From NCBI GenBank assembly GCA_028534125.1, contig CM052817.1:53570001-53634000 (forward strand): a stretch of DNA of 64,000 nt. Direction: 5' to 3'. Source of the stretch: Lama glama (taxonomy: Eukaryota). The stretch's first letter is position 1, and the number at the start of each line of letters is the position of its first letter. The notes beneath the pieces were generated by a model. It did no database searches. It was not told the origin of the DNA and was given only the letters and a program-made list of their open reading frames with translations. The position numbers were made by a program, and so were the translations under genes. Below are positions 12,316 to 26,039 of this stretch, piece by piece.

Positions 12316-12929
12316 ATGTGTGGCAAACTCAACTGGGGTATGTTTCCTAAGGAGAATTGTTAGTTCTGTAAATATAGCACTTAATCTTAAAACACTCTGT
12401 GATTAAATTTAAGCTCAGTGGACTATAAACTAGAGATCTAAAATTTCCTTCCAGCCCAAGAATTAGCAATAACTGACTGTGAAATTTTCAGTAGGCAGAG
12501 TGTATGTGGCTATATTTGACAATTTTTCTCATTTCTCAGATAGCTGCTTAAAATAAAGCATTTTTTGTGTGTGTCAAGACTAGGCATTGATGATGATGTT
12601 TCACAGGTATGATGGACTTTAAAGATAAACTATATTTCATAAATGAATAAGCTAAGATCTCCAGATAGTAAGTCATTTATTCTGGATGCACAGCTAATTC
12701 GTGGCACAGAAAAGACTGCATAGCTAGAAAAGTGCTTATTCCACTAAGTACTGACTTCATCTACCAAGAAAAATAGGAGTATATGTCCCTGGGCTGATAG
12801 CAGAATGATCAAGGAAGATTTTCTGCACCTGGACTTAGGGATTGACCTGGGAATATTAGAAAAATGAAGAGCAGATGCATTTATTACAGGGGCAAGTCAC
12901 AGATGTGGCCTGTTTCAAATAACTATAAT

Positions 12930-13128
12930 CATGACTAATATTAAATATTCACTACACGTAAGGTGCTATTTTAAGCATTTCACAAATATTGTCAGTTAAT
13001 AGTAACAATTTTCAGATGAAGTTACTGAGTCACAGTGAGGTTAAATAACTTGCCCAAAAGTCACCCAGACTTAAGTCTAGTTCTAGAACAGAATTCACAT
13101 GTTTAACTACTGTGCTTTACTGCCTCTT
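12930..13128 (-). mobile_element. MIR SINE
   Basis: ttttcagatgaagttactgagtcacagtgaggttaaataacttgccc. Confidence 0.8.
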
Positions 13129-14191
13129 TGAGTAAATTACAACTTTTTAAGCACAGAGGTCTTGTCATTTCATATCCTCAGAAGCTGGTTCATAAGCAAG
13201 CATGTGACAGGCACATGGAAGGCATTAATTTTGCTTCTGTTGAGAAACAACAGTTGGGAAACCCAAAGTCGAAGCTAGCAGCCTAATACATTTTCAAGTC
13301 TTCAAAGGAGCAACACCAGAGTGACCTGTAATATTTCAGCCTTGTGATCTTCAAGGATTCTTTTTGACCTACTGAGTTTCCAAATTAAAGTAAATCAAGC
13401 CAATAGCCCTGTCTTCTCTCTCCTAGGTCAAAACCAGGCTCTGGGATCTCCTACATTAGTATTTACTATAACATACTTGAACAAAATTTCCTTAAGTTGC
13501 CAATTCTGTATCTGATTTCTATTAGACCTCACCTGGCTTCTCCAGGCTTTCATGGGACCTCCTGATGAAGGGGAAGTACAGTCTACCCATGCCACACATA
13601 GAAAAGGGAAGAAGAAGCAAAGCAAAATCCGAAAAGGGTAATGTTACAAAACAAAGTCTTTCAGACATACAAAGAAATACCAAAAAGATATTTCTTTTGG
13701 AAGAGAGTGCTTTTAACTTCTTGGCTTCCCCTCTGTCTCTGGCCTCTTAAATCTCAGGCCCACTGTGTATATTAAGTACTCAATCTTGCCCATTTAGCCT
13801 TTCATTCTTGAGATGAGAAAAAGAGAAACACTTTGCTTTCTCATGTCCTAGATTTTAAAATGATCCACTATTACTAGATAATTAACAAGTTTGCAAATTT
13901 AGTTCACAGGCCATCTTAAAATATCAAGAATTTTTTTAAATGCTAAGTTCTACCTTTTCCAAGGCAAAAATATTTGTCTATATGTAAAAATATAGTGTAC
14001 CATCAGATTTTTTTCTATCTATGGTCATCAGGTGAAAAATCATTCTACAAAATATTTTAACATACACTATAATTGATTAAATTGAAATGTTTATATTACA
14101 TTGTTATTTCCACAATATTTTATTAAAGTTATCTTAACTTTTCATATCTCAATAAACCAGCAGCTCTAAAACTAACTTTTCTAACCACTGC

Positions 14192-14218
14192 ATATATATA
14201 TATATATATATATATATA
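14192..14218. repeat. (AT)n microsatellite
   Basis: Perfect AT dinucleotide run. Confidence 0.95.
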
Positions 14219-14329
14219 AATTTTTTTAGTCAAAACCATTGCTTAATGCCTTGACGGTGTAAAGTTACCTAATCTATACATTCATCCTAACTTATAATAA
14301 GACAAATGCAAAAAAAAAAAAAAACCACT

Positions 14330-15205
14330 TTGATGTCATTTCTCAACTATTAGGCTAGAATCCAAAAATTCGGCAATCTACTCTGTTGGCAAAGTTGTAG
14401 GGAAACAAGCAACCTAAAATACTGCTGGTGGAAATGCAATGTGGAACAATCTGAATGGCAGAGAATTTGGCAACGTCTGGCAAAATTTCATATGCTTTGC
14501 CCTTTGACCCTATAATTCCGTGTCTAGGTATCTATAAAAAAAACACACTGGCATAAATACAAACCAAGTATCCATGGAGCTGTTTATTACAGCATTATCA
14601 AAACAGTAGAGACTGCAAACCAAACAAAAGTCCATCTACAGCAAATTCATTGAGTAAAACATGGCAGTGTTACTCAGAGTATGGTTTATGCTCTGAAATC
14701 AGCAAAATTCAGGCTGCAGGTAATTCTACAGGACAAAACTCCTGGTCCCTTTAATAGAAAAATTCTAAAGAAAAAATTTTAAATGGAGATTAAACCTATT
14801 CATCAAAAAGACTCAAGGAATATCAGCCATTCATCTATATGCATGGACCTTATTCTGATCTTGATTTAAACAGACAAATTGTGTGTTCTCAAACACTGAG
14901 GAAATGTGAATACTAACTGGATATTTGATGATATTAAAATGACTTAGATGTGATACTTGATTTGTCATTATTAGTTTTAAAGAGGCTTTGTATTTTAAAG
15001 ATCATATTGAAATGCTTACAGATGAGCCAATATAATGTCTGGTATTTGCTTCAAAATAAGCATGTGGGAGATTAAGGATGGGGCTATAAATAAAACAAAA
15101 TTGCATCTGTCTTGATACTCCTTGAAACTGGGTGATGGGTATTTCATATTCTTTTTACTATTATCTTAAATATTACATATGTTTCAAATTTTCTATAATA
15201 ATAAA
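14330..15205 (+). mobile_element. Old L1 (L1MC/ME-like) 3' region fragments
   Basis: actgctggtggaaatgcaa, ccctttgaccctataattcc, aactggatatttgatgatattaa, tctggtatttgcttcaaaataa, ttgaaactgggtgatggg. Confidence 0.75.
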
Positions 15206-16029
15206 TTATTTTATCTTATCCCTAAATATATATGCAACTCCAAAATGTTTCTCATAATTCCCTTTTATTGTTCTATTTAAAAAAGGACAATATATTTCAA
15301 AAAGTTGGGAATTTTTTGGTTTATTAGTTTTTTCCCCCTAGTTTGGTATCAAAAATCCCATACCCATGAAATAATTCACAAACACCCTATGAGGAATAAA
15401 TGAACAGTACTGAGTATTCAGTCTTCACCAAATATTTATGATGAGAGAAATTGTGTGATAGAATATGAGACATAAAGAACCCTTTGGAAATTGAGAATCT
15501 TCAGCAACCTAGGAAATACCATACAAAGGATGAAGATCTTGTTTTATAGTCTCTCCTGTAAAGCACAGGAGATTAGAATAACTAAAGTAGATTAAATAGC
15601 AGTAAAGCAAGGCTGGTGGCATGCCATTGACTTTTATTCCTAATGAGCTCTAATAGAGCATGCAACCTAAATTTACAGAATTTAGTTGCATCTTTGCATT
15701 GTTACTGGAGAACAAGTTGGTATAGATTGCTTGGGACTAGCATTGTTTCACAGTTATTTTGTTACAGGAAATCATAAAGTCCACTAGACCATTAAAGAGG
15801 TGTAGTAAATGACTCTTGTAAATAGCTGATAAACATTACAAGCAGGCATATCTATCTGTATAGTGCTCAGCTAGCAATGGGCCAAAGAAAGGGGGTTGGT
15901 TACCCTGATAGAGACAAATTTACTCCATGTACCTTCGATACTACACTATAATTTTTAACAAAGAAGTCTGAATAAGATTTCTGAGGTTATAATGATAGTA
16001 CGTAGTCACTAGGTCTGTGTCACTTTAAA

Positions 16030-16150
16030 CAAAAATTTAAGTTAACTAAACTTTAATAACATTAAAAATTATATTCTTTATTTGCACTAGCTACATTACA
16101 TGTACTCGGTAGACACACCTATCTAGTGGCTACTCTATTTGACAGCATAG
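16030..16150. mobile_element. MER3/MER33-like hAT MITE fragment
   Basis: tgcactagctacattacatgtactc ... ctagtggctactctatttgacagca. Confidence 0.6.
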
Positions 16151-16304
16151 AAATTCTTTGTGAAGAAGGCTCTATTAGACATGCTCCTGTGAAGACTCCC
16201 CATTAGCAAAGCTCTATAGTACTTGTAAGTTATTTTCATTCTTGAAACTAGCCTAATAGCTGAAATTATTCTTGGCTCTAGTTAATCATTAAAAACCTGA
16301 TGTA

Positions 16305-16441
16305 GGGGGTGAGTATAGCTCAGCAGTAGAACACATGCTTAGCATGCACAAGGTCCTGGGTTCAATCCCCAGTACCTGCATTAAATAAATAAATAAACCT
16401 TATACTCTAACCCAACAAAAAAACATCAAAAACAAACAAGC
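16305..16441 (+). mobile_element. tRNA-derived camelid-type SINE (Vic-1-like) with TSD
   Basis: Head gggggtgagtatagctcagcagtaga (A box) ... cctgggttcaatccccagtacc (B box), then (aaat)n and an A-rich tail; near-direct repeat aaaa(c)ctgatgt at ~16292-16303 and 16442-16452. Confidence 0.9.
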
Positions 16442-16839
16442 AAAACTGATGTGCCAATTGTAACTCAGTAACAGCCGTCTGGATGAGGAGTGTACTTATT
16501 CTTCTATCTTTTTAACATGTATAGTATTTAGTTTTAACCATTTATACCACTTTATATATTCTGCTTTCATGTATGTGTGAGTGTGTTTAACAGAAATGTG
16601 TATTTATTACAAGCAAAAGACAATGACGTCCTTGAATCTCCTTTGCTCCTCTAAAATCGTCCCCATTTCAGCTCATGAATGTGCTCATTCAAAAAACAAA
16701 AATCAATGGAATCCTTTTCAATGGCTCTCTTTCTCTTACAGACTCCCCTTCAGCAAATATTGTTAACTCTATCTCCAAAATACATCCTGGACTGCAGCAT
16801 CTCATCAAAAATCACACTGATCCAAGCCCAGATAGTCTG

Positions 16840-17520
16840 TTTAATTTACCTTTTAAAATGTATTATTTATATATGGTAAAGTGTACAGATCTTAAATTTA
16901 CAGCATGACTGACTTCTACATATGCAGACATTGTATGTATACATCTATGTGAATACAAATTATGTAAAATATAAATCTATATAGATACCATTTAAATCAA
17001 GATATAGAACATTTCTAGCACCTCTACAGACTCCCTCAGATCCCACCCAGTGAATATACCTCCAAATGTATTACCTATTCTATAATTACAGATAATGTTT
17101 TGCTTATTCTTGTACTTAATATAACTGATATTATACAACATGGATACTGGTAGCTAGCGCCTTTCACTCATGTCTATGAGATTCATACATGCTGTTATAT
17201 ATAATTTTATTGTTTTCCAAAATGAAAAAAAATACAATCATATTCCAAAATTCCACTTTGAAAACATACCACAATGTACTTATTCTTTCTATTGATGGGC
17301 TGTTGGGCAATTTCCAGTTTGGAAGCTTTATGAATAAAGCTGCTAATTACACTCCTGCTGAACTCTTTTGACGTTCAATACATTTATTTCTCTTGGGTAG
17401 GTAATTAGGAGTGCAATGGCTGGGTTATAAAACATGCATATATTTGGCTTTAGTAAATATTGCCAAGAGTTTTCCCAGGTGGTCATGCCAGTTTATACTC
17501 AACATCAGCGTATGTACATG
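16840..17520 (-). mobile_element. Old L1ME-like 3' fragment, antisense
   Basis: aatcaagatatagaacatttctagcacc, ttgggcaatttccagtttgg, taggagtgcaatggctgggtt. Confidence 0.8.
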
Positions 17521-17629
17521 TATCTATGAAATTGCCACAATATCCTTCCTGAACTACCTATAATCATCTCCTAACTGGTCTCCTTTCCCCAACAATGGGC
17601 TTTCTCCCATCCATTTGCTACACAACACT

Positions 17630-17960
17630 CTGAAAAATAACAGTTTATCTGAGGAATTAACATTTGAGCAGAGGCATGAATGAAGAGAAAAGCTAACCAC
17701 ATAGATAGGAAGTAGAAGGAAAAGCAACTATGAGAAACCTGATGACATCTTATGACTATTTATTTTAGGAAGGCAAGGAGGCCTTTGTGGTTGGTGGGAA
17801 GTAAGGAAGAAAATTTATGGGACATTCAATCAGAGCGTTAGCCAGGCTCCAGACTAGTCAGGCCATGTTGAGAAACTGGAGTTTTTCTGAATGTTACCAG
17901 AAGCCACTGGAGAATTTTGAGCATAAGAGTTAATTTAAATGAGTTGCATTCCTTTTAACT
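17630..17960 (-). mobile_element. L2 fragment
   Basis: acatttgagcagagg ... gaagccactggagaattttgagca. Confidence 0.6.
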
Positions 17961-18484
17961 CCGATGATTATGCTTTTTAAAAATCACTTTACATCTGCTA
18001 TGGTTTCCTTACCCATGCAAGTTAAATAAACTAATGTCAACTAATATTATTAATCAGTAGTCCTTTAAAAATTAGAGTTCAAAGATACAAAAAAAGATGG
18101 TAGTTATAGAAAATTAACAACAAGTAGATTACTGAAAAGGATTAACTTTTGTATTTTTCCCCACATATCAACCCAGGAACTTACTATGGCGATGGCTACT
18201 CAATTTCAGTACAGATTATTAAGGTTAGATTTCCTAAGGCAACTGGCCTACCATGGATTTTAAAAATCATTATCATCATGTGGATTACAAATAATTATTT
18301 ACTGATATTTTCAACTTGCAACTGTCACATCCAGTCTACCTTTACCTAAACAGTCAGAATATACTACCCTTTAAATTCCCATCTGTGCTCTTTATCAGCA
18401 GTTCTTACACCTCTCTGATTTCCAGAGTCAGCTGGGGAACTTTTAAAAATAATTTACTGAGATTAAAAGTTTGTCCTAAAGTGA

Positions 18485-18722
18485 AAAGAGAAATATGCAA
18501 AAATAGCCAGAAAAATACTAACAAGAAAACCTGGAAGAGGTGACTAGCCCTTTCAGAAATTAAAACATACTTTAAGACCTGTATAATTAAAACAGTGCAG
18601 TACCGGAGTACGAACAGAAAACAGACTAGTGTAATTGAATAGAAAGCCCAGAAATAGACTCAAGTGCATATGAAAATCTTGTATGTGATGAAGGTGACAT
18701 CTCAAATTACTGGGGGGAAAAA
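18485..18722 (+). mobile_element. L1M ORF2 fragment
   Basis: gactagccctttcagaaattaaaacata ... taattaaaacagtg ... gaatagaaagcccagaaatagac resembles the L1 ORF2 GLALP..IKTVWYW..RIESPEI region. Confidence 0.8.
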
Positions 18723-18856
18723 CCAATAATAATGATAATAATAATAATTTCCAATTCCTCTTCCATATCTGAAAAACTGACTCTCTGAGGGTAGGAACCT
18801 ACAATTTTTAAAGCTTTTCAACAAACAGCCTGACACAGACACCCCAACACAAATCC

Positions 18857-19290
18857 TGTGTTAGTTTCCTGTTGCTGTTACAACAAGTTACTAATAACTT
18901 GGTGACTTAGAGCAATAAAAATGTATCATCTTACAGTTCTGGTGGTCAGAAGTCTGAAACAGGTCTTATGAAGCAAATCAAGGTTGCTTTCTTTCTGGGC
19001 TCTGGAAGAGAACACATTCTTTGTCTTTTCCAGCTTCTAGAGGTGCCGAGATTCCTGAGCTCTTGGGCAAATCAGACTGACCTCCGATTCCACCCTCACT
19101 TCTTTGATGCTGACCTCCATCTTAATAAAGATACTTGTGACTAGATGGGAGCCACCTGAATAATCTCTCCATCCTGAAATCCTTAACCTAATCATACCTG
19201 CAAGTCTTAGGTCCACTTAAAGTAAAACATCCACAGGTTTCAAGGATTAGGATATGCTCATCTGGCCGGAGTGAAATCTGCTGCGATACG
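18857..19290 (-). mobile_element. MLT1C/D-like MaLR LTR
   Basis: tgtgttagtttcctgttgctg ... tcttacagttctggtggtcagaagtctgaaa ... ccacaggtttcaaggattagga. Confidence 0.8.
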
Positions 19291-19396
19291 TTGTTTTGGC
19301 TGAAGAATATGCAAAAAACCTGGCCTCACACAAATATGTCATTAGAGGAGGGAGACCCCCGAGACAACCTTGGACCACGTTTTAAAATTCACTGGT
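19291..19396. mobile_element. Charlie1-like hAT fragment
   Basis: tttggctgaagaatatgcaaaaaacctggcctcacacaaatatgt resembles remembered Charlie1 sequence. Confidence 0.5.
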
Positions 19397-22300
19397 GTGG
19401 AGGAAATTCGAAAGAATTACGATCAGGAATTAAAGGACTGCCTTCATTTGGAAGGGAAAAGAACAAAAATACGAGGGGAAGAGCATGACAGCAGAAAATT
19501 AAAAAGCCAGAGAAAAAAAAGAGAGAGAAAGTAAAAATGTAAGAGTAGAGATAAGGAGAAAGAAGGGAAAGGAAACAGCAGGCAGAGAGAGAACAAATTG
19601 GGAAATGAAAAAGGACAAACAGAAGTGGGGGACACAGAAGACAACAACAACTGAGTGAAATACAGTAAAGATATTGAAAAAGAAGCACAACATAGTAGGC
19701 TATAGTGAAGTAATGGAGAGTTATGCGATGTCAACGGTATTAAACACAAGTGTTTTTACGAAAAGCCAATTGATTTGGGACAAATATACAAAAATGATTA
19801 CTATAATCAATATTATTCATGACTCTGGAACATAAATTCCTAAAATAACAAAAAGATAAAGTTGCATTCTGCAGAGCTAAGATACAAGCATCACAGATTT
19901 TTAAGCTATATTTAATTATATTCTAATTCATTTAAAACCTTTAGTTTCAATTAAAGAGTCATACATTGCAACTGCCCAGTGAGTTAACTGAAAATAATTT
20001 GGCACAATTTCAATATCCAATAATATGGATTTAATTGGGAAGTAAAATTAAATGTCCAATGAGAGGAATTAATTGGAACAAACTAAGTGTTTTTCACACC
20101 TAAGCATAAAATTAAAACACAGCAAACCACAGAAGTGAAATAATTGGTTTATAATGGATCATAATTTTTAATCACCAAGATCCCTCAAACCTACTTATTT
20201 TCCTTCTACAGTAAATTTTATTTTTAGATTAATTTTAAGTATTCCTTATTATAAGTGCAATACCTACTACTGCAGAATAATTAAGATATAATTAAGTTTA
20301 AAAAGTCTAAGGAAAAATCCAGATACTTTCATGTATCCAGATACCACCAAAGATAAAATCTTGACGTTTGTATTTCCAAAGCCTAGTCTATGCTTAGGTA
20401 AGTTTTATTTACTTAAGGCACACTATATTTTACCTAAGCATCCCATTAATCGTGGAACTTTTAAAGGGTTCCAACTAAGACATTCTTGTTAAAGTTGCTC
20501 CACTCAGTATGTTAGAGTAGATATTCTTGCTTTTCCAACTAATGTCCTACTGTTTGGTATTAAAATTGGCACAAGTTTTTTATGTTATGAGTAGTGATAT
20601 GTATGTATAATTGACTTAAAATTGATTAGAAAAAGTACAAAATTGACAGAAATCTAAAAATAAACTAAGCAGAGATCCATAATAATTTACAAAAACCATA
20701 ATGATACACCAAAATTGCAAATGCTTAAAATACCAGCAACTGAGACTCAGTTCTCAACAATAATTATCATGTTGATCAATTTGTTTTCTCTTAAACTGCC
20801 TTAGGCAATTAGCAAGGGAAGAAGTTGGGAGGTGGGGAGGGCAGCAAAAGTTAACTTCACAATACTGTTCCCTCCCAGGAACTGGAATAGATGATTTCTC
20901 CAGGAAATAGATTTATAAGGAAATAAGTTGCACTTTATCACTCCCCAGATTTTATTCTCTTAACCTATGGGTCTTAACAATTAACCCTTAATAATTAAAA
21001 GCAGGGATGTGGCTGTGCTCCTGGGTGGAGAAGACCATTATTCTCTCAGGCTAGTCCTACTCCCACTTCCTAACATAATTGCCCTTTTACAAATACATTA
21101 TTTTTGGTATATCATCTTGGGACCACTGGATGTGGGTTTAGCTTTTGCCTCAAGAAAATATTAAGTCAAGTCAAAATATTCCACAAAATTAATTTCAAGG
21201 CCACACCACAGGCAAATAAAGTAAAATAAAACAAAATCGCTTCCTAAAAGAATTCTTACCCTAAATACTGTATCTTGTTCCAAGGACACATATAGATTAC
21301 CAGTAGTTTGGTAATCAGCTCCATGATGGCAGAAATACACCTCAAAGAACACAAATATTTAAATGTCTGACATATAAATACTATTCATTCCACTCCCATT
21401 TATCAAAGTCCAGGAAGAAATTAAAGTCCAAAATTTAATTCTACTTCAAAATTACTAAAATCTCAAGAAATAAAGTCTGCAATTACCATATTACCATCCA
21501 TGACTTCTTACACTGCTCACTCTCAGCCAGAGTGGTCTCATGGAATCCCAGGTAATTATTCTCTTGACTTGGTTTTCCCAGGAATTTTTTTAAAAAGCTC
21601 TTTTAGGCTTTAAAGTTGAATTAATTAAATCCTTAATCTACTTATATTTTAAATTATTGATAAAGACCTTAAAAAGACAATGCCCAGCACATACTAAGAG
21701 TGAGCAATAAAATTACTATTATTATTGTATGTATGTATGGTTGTATTTAAAGCACCCTTAATAAATACAAGGACATGTCTTATTATTGCAAAACTGGCCA
21801 TATACCCACAAAATTAAGAGAACACAAGAAATTCCCAAGTGTCCATAAGCAATCTTACATTTTCAGTGTTATCAGCCTCCATACTAATGTTGTCGAAGGC
21901 TCCTATTACCTGAAGGAAGGTTCAGACTACCAAGATGCCGTTTGAATAAAGGAAAAATCCTCTTGGTTTCACCTCAGCAGGGTGCCAGCTAGGCTGTGCA
22001 GACTGATGTAGTGCACAACCTGTTAAGTTTAACATCAATGAATAAAACAAGTGATTCATTATGTCACCATCTTTATTCTATCTCAGGAAGTGGGGAAGGA
22101 AGGTGGAGCAGGACCAACCTATTCTTTCTGCCTTATTTCCTGGTGAATGATAACCCATTTTCATGTAAAATGCAGGCATCTGCAGTGGCGACCCCCACAG
22201 TCCCTGGGACTTACCTGGTAAGCTTCCTACTTCTGGCATTTTAACCCACTTACTTATCTTTTGCCTCTTGCTCTGAAAATTGCCTTAGCCCTATGAAATC

Positions 22301-24419
22301 TGCCTACTAAAAGCAAAGCCTCACACCACATTTTTTCCCCCAGCTGGAGAATTATCCTCAGCAGAATCTTGAATCAAAAGTACAGCTGATCCTTTCGAAA
22401 CACATGCCTTGAAATTCTGCAGCAGACCATAAATCTACCTCAAAATTGTCCTTTTCACAAACTTCGCATTTTCCATAACCTGAGTAATTGTACTCAACAG
22501 TAGCAGAAACATTTTGTTTTACCAAGTATGTTTTTCTCCTTTAATGGGATTTCCCTCTGGTGTTCTGTTTTCTTCTGTTTCTTCTTTCAGGCAGGCTCAG
22601 CAGATTTTACTCTTAAATTGTCTGTCCCTTTTCCTCTCTCCTAAGTGTACTTTTTTACCTTTTTCTTTTTTCACTTTACTTTTGGGTCAAGATATTAATT
22701 AGACTCTATCTGTTAATGTCCTGCTGGGTTTCCCTTTAGTAGATTTCATGTTCCCTATGTCTTTCCTCTGAGTCCTAACTACATACCTTTCCCTGGTGGG
22801 CTAAGGGTAAGTGTCCTACTGAAACTAATCTAAAAATGATAAGATATGTGAAGTTTATCCTTATCTTCTCAAGTCAGGCTCCTTTTGTATCTATCCTATT
22901 TCTTCTTTTCTTACCACGTTGTGTCCCATTCCTCAATGAATGATTAACTCAAGTTCTTTTAATTACTGATTTCATGTCTGAAGTTTAATAGGGAGCCTCT
23001 TAAGAGTGCACTTCTTTGGATCCAGGCTTTCTCTGGGGCATCACTCCAGTTTACTCCATGAAGTCATGCCACTTCATTTCTGATAGGTTTCTCTGACCCT
23101 AGTCAACCTAGTAATAACTCACATATAGTTGCCCTTTTAATACTATTTTATCAGCAATAAGTTCTGAGTATATCTGCTAAAACGTGAGCTCTCTAGAGGG
23201 CAGGGATTTTTGTCTTTTTTTTTTTTCTTCTGTACAGTATATCAAGTGCTTAAGTATTTTTTTCAAAAAATAAATACATCTAGATTTTTAGTCTTTCATA
23301 TAGATCTAGTTTGTCTTCAAAGAACTTGCCTCCTTTTAAGTATGTTTCTCCAGTACTCCTTGATACTTCCCCAGTGTGCTTGCAGCTTTTTCCAGAGTTA
23401 AAATAATTTCTTGAGCCTCATTCATCTAACATCTTGAAATTCCTCTGATGTCCAAAGTTCTTATACTCTTTTGGTGCCAACAGATTTTCTACAACAAAGC
23501 GCCCCACATACTTTGACCTTGGGATTGTAGTAATCTCATTCAAAGTTTCTTCTATCCCTTTCAAAAAGAATCGATAGTACCATTAAAACAGATGCCCCTC
23601 TCTATTTATCTGTTTTTCAATAAATATTCACCACTTCTCTGTGGTTGAATATGCTGAATGGCTCCTAAAATCAACATTCACAGTCAGAGCTTATATAACC
23701 AATAAAACAGACATGATTTGAAACCATGTGTTAGAGGGGAGGTGGAAGTGGCCGTCCAACTAATGGTTAGGCCACATCAATACAGTAAGTTATCAACTCT
23801 ACAGTGTTTTTTTTTTTTAGTCCTGAATAGAACTAATAAAATAAAGTAGAACAATGATTTGGGCTGTTGATTTAATATGCCAACTAACGATCAACACTGA
23901 AATTAGAAGGCGAAAACCTCATGCTCTAATGCTCTGTAGTCCATGTGACACGTAGCTTGTCTTTGAGGTTTAAAGTCACAGCCTGTAGACTCTGTTGAGA
24001 AATTACCAGGAGGAAAAGAGCTCCCAAAAACCAGTGTGTATAAAGCCTGTATTCCGCTCCTTTTGAGGTTAAGCTTCAGTGAGACCAAAGACACTCTTTT
24101 CTTGGTTCTCTAATCCCTGGCTTGGTGGTCCCTACTTAGGTTATAGCTGCTATCCAAGGTCAGTCTCCAAGATGTAAATAGTCATGCAGGCTAAAATCAG
24201 CCACCATTTTCCCTCCCTCTGAAAAAAATTATCTTGAGTTTTATCACGTAGTACTTAGAGATGCTGAGTGTGTTTATTTATCTAATTGATATTTATGAAA
24301 CACATCCTAAATGCCTGAAAGTACATAAGATTCTAGAAATCAAATAGTAGTCTGCAGATGCCACATGGCTTTCAGTCTAGTCAAGAGGCAGACATTAAAT
24401 AAATAAAAAACAATTAGAA

Positions 24420-24680
24420 ACAGCATTTCATCAGTTTTAAAACACAGTTTTGGTGTGTTTTCTTTCACATTCTATTGTATCTTACAATCAGTGGTGTTTT
24501 ATAATCTCTGAAAACCAGGCAAGCACTCATTATGTAGTTGTCATTGCCAACATACGACCAAGCTGTCCATTGTTGTCACTTAAGTTGAATTATGTGTATT
24601 GTTGGAAACACACTGGTGAATTTCAGTGACATTTTAAATGCTTCCAAAAGATAACATTCTGATTTGTCCTGAAATTTAAA
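24420..24680. mobile_element. Probable Tigger-family fragment
   Basis: cagcatttcatcagttttaaaacaca ... tcttacaatcagtggtgtttta resembles MER47/Tigger termini. Confidence 0.4.
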
Positions 24681-24739
24681 ATGTTATTTTTTATTAAAAA
24701 AAAAAAAGAGAGAGAGAGAAAGAGAGAAAAACGGGGTAA

Positions 24740-25165
24740 GGCAAATGTGATATGAGGTAAGAGGTAGGAGCTAAATCATGATAGTAGCCTATAGGCTATA
24801 AGAGTGAATTTTAATTTTATCCAAAGTGCAATGGTAAATTATTGACATATTTTAATCAGGTAAATAACATAATCTAGTTTGTATTCTAAAAGATCAGTCT
24901 GCCTGAATTGTGAAAGCTGACTGAGAAACAATACCAGAAGGGGAACCATTTAAGAGCTTATTAGGAATGTAGGATGGAGGAGTAGAGTAGAGATTGGGAA
25001 AAGTATACAATTTGGGATACATTTGGAGGTAGAATCTCTAGGACTTGATGGTAAATTGAATTTAAGAGGAGAGAAAAAGGCAAGTGTCAAGGATGACTCC
25101 CATATTTCTAGACAGAACAGTTGGGTGTATGATTTATTACATGGGCATGTTTTACTAAGATGGAT
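24740..25165 (-). mobile_element. L2 fragment
   Basis: aattttatccaaagtgcaatgg, atttggaggtagaatc..aggacttg, gtcaaggatgactcc. Confidence 0.7.
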
Positions 25166-25249
25166 ATGGTTGGAGAAATGGTCAAGACTAGAGTCACTAA
25201 TACTGAACACTGAGACCAGAAATACGTATAGAAAATCCGATTACTCACT

Positions 25250-25910
25250 CACTGAGTTGAGGCAGTTAGGAGACAGAAACTTCACTGGTTATTTGAAGAG
25301 AGAAATGTCAACATGAAGATTTGTTAACCAGTTAAAAAAAATGTTTTAACTTCTAAGACTAAATAAAATAGACTTTCATGGATCTAGAAGCAGTAGGTGC
25401 AAAAGGGCAACTATACCTCTAGACTGAGGATGAGAAACAGTAAAGGAACTGAAAACCAGGAAAGACCCCTGTCCAGCCAATGCTTGATTCCAACTTCAGC
25501 AAAGAGAGCATGGCCGCCACAGAGACTCACAGCCTGTCAGTGATGAAAAAACTTGTTGGAGGGCTTGGCTGGTAAGAGTTGGTAGAAGCAACCAACCGTT
25601 GGGGCGTGGGCAGACAGGAGCCTTCAGACAGGCTGCTGGTGAGGAGAACATGGCCTGAGGGCACAGCTGAGCTTGTCTGCAAGGCCCCCTGGAGTCTCAG
25701 GCTCAATTACATAAATGGAGACTTTGACCCTGGAAAGGAAGTGTCTTCCTACTGCTATCAGCTTACGGAGTCACTCCAGTGCCCTCTACTGATGAAGTTT
25801 AACATTCCGCCAGCTAGGAAAGGAGTTTACAGAGCCCAGCTCCAGAGTCCCAAGGCAAGGTAAACAAGATAGCTTTGGAGCTGAAAGACAATAAATTGAT
25901 AATTGGCACA
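25250..25910 (-). mobile_element. Ancient ERVL-type LTR (LTR33/LTR41-like)
   Basis: cagttaggagacagaaac at the left end and ttggagctgaaagacaataaattgataattggcaca at the right end resemble antisense old ERVL LTR termini. Confidence 0.55.
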
Positions 25911-26039
25911 GTCATTTATGTGTTAGTTCTTTGATAATAGTCAACTGTAGGTATATTGGTTACCTTGTTTAATCCACCATATTTAAGGTACTAGCTGAAT
26001 ATAATGCTAGCATTAACTATTTACCAATTTCAAATAACA

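Noticed and set aside
11891..12406. Four overlapping ORFs of up to 128 aa
   Set aside because: They are produced by a stop-poor CA/TA/TG tract plus a MER2-like MITE.
16305..16378. tRNA gene (also 45760-45830)
   Set aside because: A/B boxes are present but followed by SINE linker, A tail and TSD, so these are SINE heads.
19389..19749. Hydrophobic minus-strand ORFs resembling membrane proteins
   Set aside because: They are an artefact of a purine-rich low-complexity tract on the plus strand.
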